Below, piece by piece: positions 33,628 to 37,234 of a stretch of 37,234 nucleotides of DNA (the stretch's first letter is position 1; the number at the start of each line of letters is the position of its first letter). The position numbers and the translations under genes were made by a program. The notes below the pieces were generated by a model. The model saw only the letters and a list, made by a program, of their open reading frames with translations, did not search any database and was not told where the DNA came from. This DNA comes from a virus (taxonomy: Duplodnaviria > Caudoviricetes): IMG/VR virus record IMGVR_UViG_3300038974_000876, positions 1 to 37,234 of that record; one strand, written 5' to 3'.

Positions 33628-34680
33628 ATGTGGCAGAGACCGACATTGGCGGAATTAATCAAGCGGGCAATTAATATGCTCAACAGCTATCTGCCGGGTA
33701 CGGATGCCGCGCTCAGACGCGCCAACACCAATGCCCTGGCCAAGATGCATGCCGGTGGCGTGCATGGCCTGCACGGGCATCTGGCGTATATCGCGCAGCA
33801 GGTCATCTACGATACAGCCGAAATGGAATACCTGGAGCGCTGGGCGGCCATTTGGGGGATTACCCGCAAAGCGGCGGAATATGCCTCCGGCCCGGTTGAT
33901 TTTACGGGCATAACCGGATCGGTTATTCCCGCCGGGACGGAACTCCAGGACGGGAATCAGAACATTTATACGCTGGACGCCGATGTCACCCTGGCCGAAG
34001 GCGTGTGCAGCGGTGTCGTTACGGCGTCCGTCGCGGGCGTGGACGGCAATGCGGATGAGGACGTTACCCTGACGCTGGTCAGCGCCATCGAAGGCGTGGA
34101 CACGGCGGCAAGCGTCGGCGTAGGCGGAATTACCGGCGGATTCGACACGGAAAGCGACGATGATCTGCGTGGCAGGTTCCTTGCCCGTATCCGGCAGGCG
34201 CCTCACGGCGGGGCGGAATTCGATTATGAAGCATGGGCGCTGGAGGTTGCGGGCGTGACACGCGCCTGGTGTTATCCGCAGCAGCAGGGATTAGGCACCG
34301 TGGGCGTGACGTTCGTGTGTGATGATCAGGTAGATTCGATAATCCCATCCGCCGCAACGGTGGCCGCCGTACAGGCGCATATTGACCTTGTCAGGCCGGT
34401 AACCGCCGATGTGCTTGTCTATGCGCCGACTCCCGTCGCTCTTGATCTGACGATCAGCCTGACGCCCGCTACGGTAGCCGTAAAAGCCGCCGTTACGGCT
34501 GAACTGGAAGATCTCATTTTAAGGGAGGCGATTCCGGGCGGAACCATTCTGGTGAGTCATATCCGCGAAGCGATATCCATCGCGGCGGGTGAGACAGATC
34601 ACGCGCTGACCAGTCCTGCGGCGGATGTCACGCATTCGGCAGGCGAAATTGCGGTATTGGGGACGATAACATGGGTATGA
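33628..34680 (+). CDS. Baseplate J-like wedge protein (Mu gp47)
   Basis: RPTLAELI, GFDTESDDDLRGR, PHGGAEFDYEAWALEVAGVTRAW. Confidence 0.93.
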   Translation: MWQRPTLAELIKRAINMLNSYLPGTDAALRRANTNALAKMHAGGVHGLHGHLAYIAQQVIYDTAEMEYLERWAAIWGITRKAAEYASGPVDFTGITGSVIPAGTELQDGNQNIYTLDADVTLAEGVCSGVVTASVAGVDGNADEDVTLTLVSAIEGVDTAASVGVGGITGGFDTESDDDLRGRFLARIRQAPHGGAEFDYEAWALEVAGVTRAWCYPQQQGLGTVGVTFVCDDQVDSIIPSAATVAAVQAHIDLVRPVTADVLVYAPTPVALDLTISLTPATVAVKAAVTAELEDLILREAIPGGTILVSHIREAISIAAGETDHALTSPAADVTHSAGEIAVLGTITWV

Positions 34681-35240
34681 GCGTTGACGATTATTATCTG
34701 GCTTTATTGCATCTCCTGCCGCCCGGCAAGGCGTTCCCGCGTAATGACGCGGGCGTCATGCGCGACACGCTCAAAGCAATGGCAGAGGCGTTTGCGTTAG
34801 TCGATCTGCGCGCGGATAATTTAATAGAGGAGGCCGATCCGCGTACCACGCTGGAATTGCTATCCGACTGGGAGCGCGTTTGCGGGCTTGAGGAGCTGGC
34901 TACAGTTGCCCTGCGCCAGCTTGCCGTAGCCGATAAAATAACCGATATCGGCGGGCAAAGCCGGGCTTTTTTTATCGCTGTGGCTTTAAAGTTCGGCTTC
35001 GTTATCACGATAACGGAATTCCGGCCTTACACCTGCATTTCCACGGTAGACCAGGGTATCTATGAAGATGACTGCCGCTTTGTGTGGCAGGTCAACGCGC
35101 CCGAAACAACGGTCAGCGAAGCAACATGCCAGAGCCCTTGCACCGAGCCGCTGCGCTCATGGGGTAACGAGATGTTGGAATCGTTAATTAATTACCGGAA
35201 ACCGGCACATACAACAGCAATATTCGCATATGGAGGATAA
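34677..35240 (+). CDS. Baseplate protein (Mu gp48 / YmfQ)
   Basis: LLPPGKAF, EADPRTTLELLSDWERVCGL, GGQS, KPAHT; start 34671 or 34677. Confidence 0.92.
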   Translation: MSVDDYYLALLHLLPPGKAFPRNDAGVMRDTLKAMAEAFALVDLRADNLIEEADPRTTLELLSDWERVCGLEELATVALRQLAVADKITDIGGQSRAFFIAVALKFGFVITITEFRPYTCISTVDQGIYEDDCRFVWQVNAPETTVSEATCQSPCTEPLRSWGNEMLESLINYRKPAHTTAIFAYGG

Positions 35241-35242
35241 TT

Positions 35243-36322
35243 ATGAATAGAGTAGACACATCCACAGCAGTTCTCTCCCTGCCCGCGCAGGAAACACCCG
35301 GCAATCCGGGCTATTTCACCAAAGGCAATCCCGGCACCGGCCTTCCGGCCACCGTTCCCGGCCAGGATTGGTTTAACGCCGTCCAGGAAGAATTGATGGC
35401 CATTATTGAGGCCGCAGGATTAACGCCGGACAAGGCCAACCTGAATCAGGTGCTGGAAGCGATTAATATATTGAGCCAGGCCGCCAGATATGCCGCCGAT
35501 ACCGGCTCGGCCAATGCCTACGTTGCCGCATACACGCCGGAGATCACAGAGCATGTCGTCGGATTGCCGCTGTCGTTTCAGGCGGCTCATGCCAATACAG
35601 GCGCGTCCACCTTCAATCCAGGCCCCGGCGCGGTGGCCATCAAAAGGCAAAATGGCGACGCTTTGCTGGAAGGCGATATTCCGGAGGATGCCATCGTCAC
35701 CGTCATCTACGACGGCACGAATTATCAGCTCTACTCCAACAACAATGCGACGTTTTATTACGCTGACGATACCGGTACGGCCAATGCTTACGCGGTAGCC
35801 TATTCTCCGGCCTTGACGGCTCATGTGACCGGTATGCCGCTTGTATTTAAGGCCACGAATGCCAATACAGGCGCGTCCACGATAAATGTGAATAGCCTCG
35901 GCGTCGTAGCCATCAAGAGGAAGGATGGTTCCGCATTGCTGGCGGGCGATATTCCCGCAGGCGGCATGATGATCGTATCCTACGACGGCACATATTACCA
36001 ATTGCTCAACAATGTCGTGAATTACGAATACTCTACTGCGGAAGCGGGATCATACATCGTTGGCCCCGGTCCGTACATCAGGGAATTCGGAAAATATACC
36101 GGCGCGTTGGAGGATAACGTCACATATACAATCACGTTGCCGAAAGCAATGCCGAACGCTGTTCTGGGCGTGCAAGCGACCATTATTAATGCCGCCCAGG
36201 CTGATGCCGCGAACATCTGGATGCAGGTCAAGAGCTGGACGACAACGCAAGTTGTTTTCCTCGCTCAGGGAGACAATCAGGATGGCGGTGCCGGATTCTT
36301 CTGGGATGTTGTTGGTTATTAG
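35243..36322 (+). CDS. Tail fibre protein with a tandem 90-aa domain duplication
   Basis: PGYFTKGNP...WFNAVQEEL Mu-type fibre N-terminus; two DTG.ANAY...NTGAST...GDIP...YDGT.YQL repeats. Confidence 0.9.
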   Translation: MNRVDTSTAVLSLPAQETPGNPGYFTKGNPGTGLPATVPGQDWFNAVQEELMAIIEAAGLTPDKANLNQVLEAINILSQAARYAADTGSANAYVAAYTPEITEHVVGLPLSFQAAHANTGASTFNPGPGAVAIKRQNGDALLEGDIPEDAIVTVIYDGTNYQLYSNNNATFYYADDTGTANAYAVAYSPALTAHVTGMPLVFKATNANTGASTINVNSLGVVAIKRKDGSALLAGDIPAGGMMIVSYDGTYYQLLNNVVNYEYSTAEAGSYIVGPGPYIREFGKYTGALEDNVTYTITLPKAMPNAVLGVQATIINAAQADAANIWMQVKSWTTTQVVFLAQGDNQDGGAGFFWDVVGY

Positions 36323-36330
36323 GAGAGGCA

Positions 36331-36405
36331 GACGGTAATTCCGGGAGTTAGCGCTCCCAAAACCATGCGATCAGACCTCGCAAGACAGGATGACCTGCTA
36401 CCGTC
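36331..36405 (+). ncRNA. Structured leader upstream of the methylase (candidate cis-regulatory RNA)
   Basis: GACGGTA/TACCGTC closing stem around three hairpins. Confidence 0.5.
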
Positions 36406-36469
36406 CACCAGACCTGAGAAACTGACTTATAGCAGGCGACATCCAGAAAATCAATGGAGGTTTGATCGC

Positions 36470-37234
36470 ATGAAAAGTTTTCTGTCGTATCTGGGAGGAA
36501 AATCGCTTTTAGCCGGGAAAATTATCCCGCTGATGCCAAAACACACCTGCTATTGCGAAGTATTCGCCGGGGCAGCTTGGATGTTGTTCAAAAAGGCCGA
36601 GTCCGACGTAGAAATAATCAACGATATCAATACCGATCTGGTCACACTATACCGGGTCGTCAAGCATCACCTGGAAGCGTTTATTCAATACCTGAAATGG
36701 ATACTTATCGCGCGTGATGAGTACCATCGCTTTATGATTGAAGAGCCGGAAGCCCTCACCGATATCCAGCGGGCCGTCCGCTTCTATTATCTGCTGCGTA
36801 ATAGCTACGGCGCAAAGGTTACCGGCCAGACGTTCAACATCAATACAACGCGGCCTTCCGGATTCAATCTTTTGCGGCTGGAAGAAGAATTGTCGGAAGT
36901 TCACCTCCGATTATGCCGTGTGTACATCGAAAATAGACCCTATTCGAAAGTGATTGAACGCTACGACAAACCCCACACCTTCTTCTATATCGACCCGCCC
37001 TATTACGGCTGCGAGAAGGATTATGGAGAAGGAATCTTCAACCGGGATGATTTTGGCCGGTTACGGAATCAACTTGACGGCATCGAAGGTAAGTTTATAA
37101 TGTCCATAAACGATGTTCAGGAAATAAAGGCTTTATTCAAGGGGTACAAAATCGACGTGGTCAGTACAAAATATATCGCCGGAGGAGCGAACAAGGCAAA
37201 GAAGGTTAACGAACTGCTTATCCGGAACTTTTGA
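36470..37234 (+). CDS. dam: D12-class N6-adenine DNA methyltransferase
   Basis: YLGGKS, EVFAGAA, INDIN, FYIDPPY, MSIND, ELLIRNF; ATG 36470 after GGAGG. Confidence 0.93.
   Translation: MKSFLSYLGGKSLLAGKIIPLMPKHTCYCEVFAGAAWMLFKKAESDVEIINDINTDLVTLYRVVKHHLEAFIQYLKWILIARDEYHRFMIEEPEALTDIQRAVRFYYLLRNSYGAKVTGQTFNINTTRPSGFNLLRLEEELSEVHLRLCRVYIENRPYSKVIERYDKPHTFFYIDPPYYGCEKDYGEGIFNRDDFGRLRNQLDGIEGKFIMSINDVQEIKALFKGYKIDVVSTKYIAGGANKAKKVNELLIRNF

Larger units (their letters stand above)
1..37234. mobile_element. Mu-like transposable (pro)phage with contractile tail; termini outside the window
   Basis: DDE transposase plus AAA ATPase, Gam, GemA and Mor, followed by Mu-type terminase, portal, F, I, T, gp36, gp37, sheath, tube, tape measure, N, P, V, gp46-48 and fibre in largely Mu-like order. 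Confidence 0.97.

Noticed and set aside
35489-36004. Tail-fibre repeat as a DGR template/variable repeat pair
   Set aside because: Both copies are in-frame coding, differences are not adenine-specific, and no reverse transcriptase is present.
36365-36469. Com-like translational activator before the methylase
   Set aside because: No CxxC...CxxC small ORF was found in this interval.
1-37234. Phage termini (TG...CA, transposase binding sites, 5-bp target duplication), tRNA or rRNA genes
   Set aside because: The window is clipped at stop codons on both sides, so ends are not visible; no tRNA- or rRNA-like sequence was recognised.

Overview
The window is a nearly complete transposable (Mu-like) phage or prophage genome. 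It begins and ends exactly on stop codons, so the TG...CA termini are not visible. Order from the left: two AT-rich accessory genes, a divergent repressor / Ner-like switch, an early operon (IclR-type HTH, DUF3102-like protein, DDE transposase, ExeA/MuB-type AAA ATPase, Gam, GemA, Mor), a lysis cassette (GH108 endolysin with a signal peptide, overlapping spanins), terminase, portal, head genes, a Mu-type contractile tail and baseplate, a tail fibre, and a D12-class DNA adenine methylase where Mu has mom. The most unusual feature is non-coding. About 20 gene junctions contain modular, partly nested palindromic repeats of at least four kinds: an ~85-bp 'GAAYTATCCC' element, a 'GTCATTCC...GGAATCCAG' REP-like hairpin, GTAG-type REPs and 7-nt GTGAATR tandem tracts. 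These often supply the stop codon, Shine-Dalgarno or start codon of neighbouring genes. In two places they bracket accessory genes in inverted orientation, one being a DUF2829/Tad2-like anti-defence gene of which the phage has two paralogues. All product calls come from motif recognition and synteny by eye; no database search was run.
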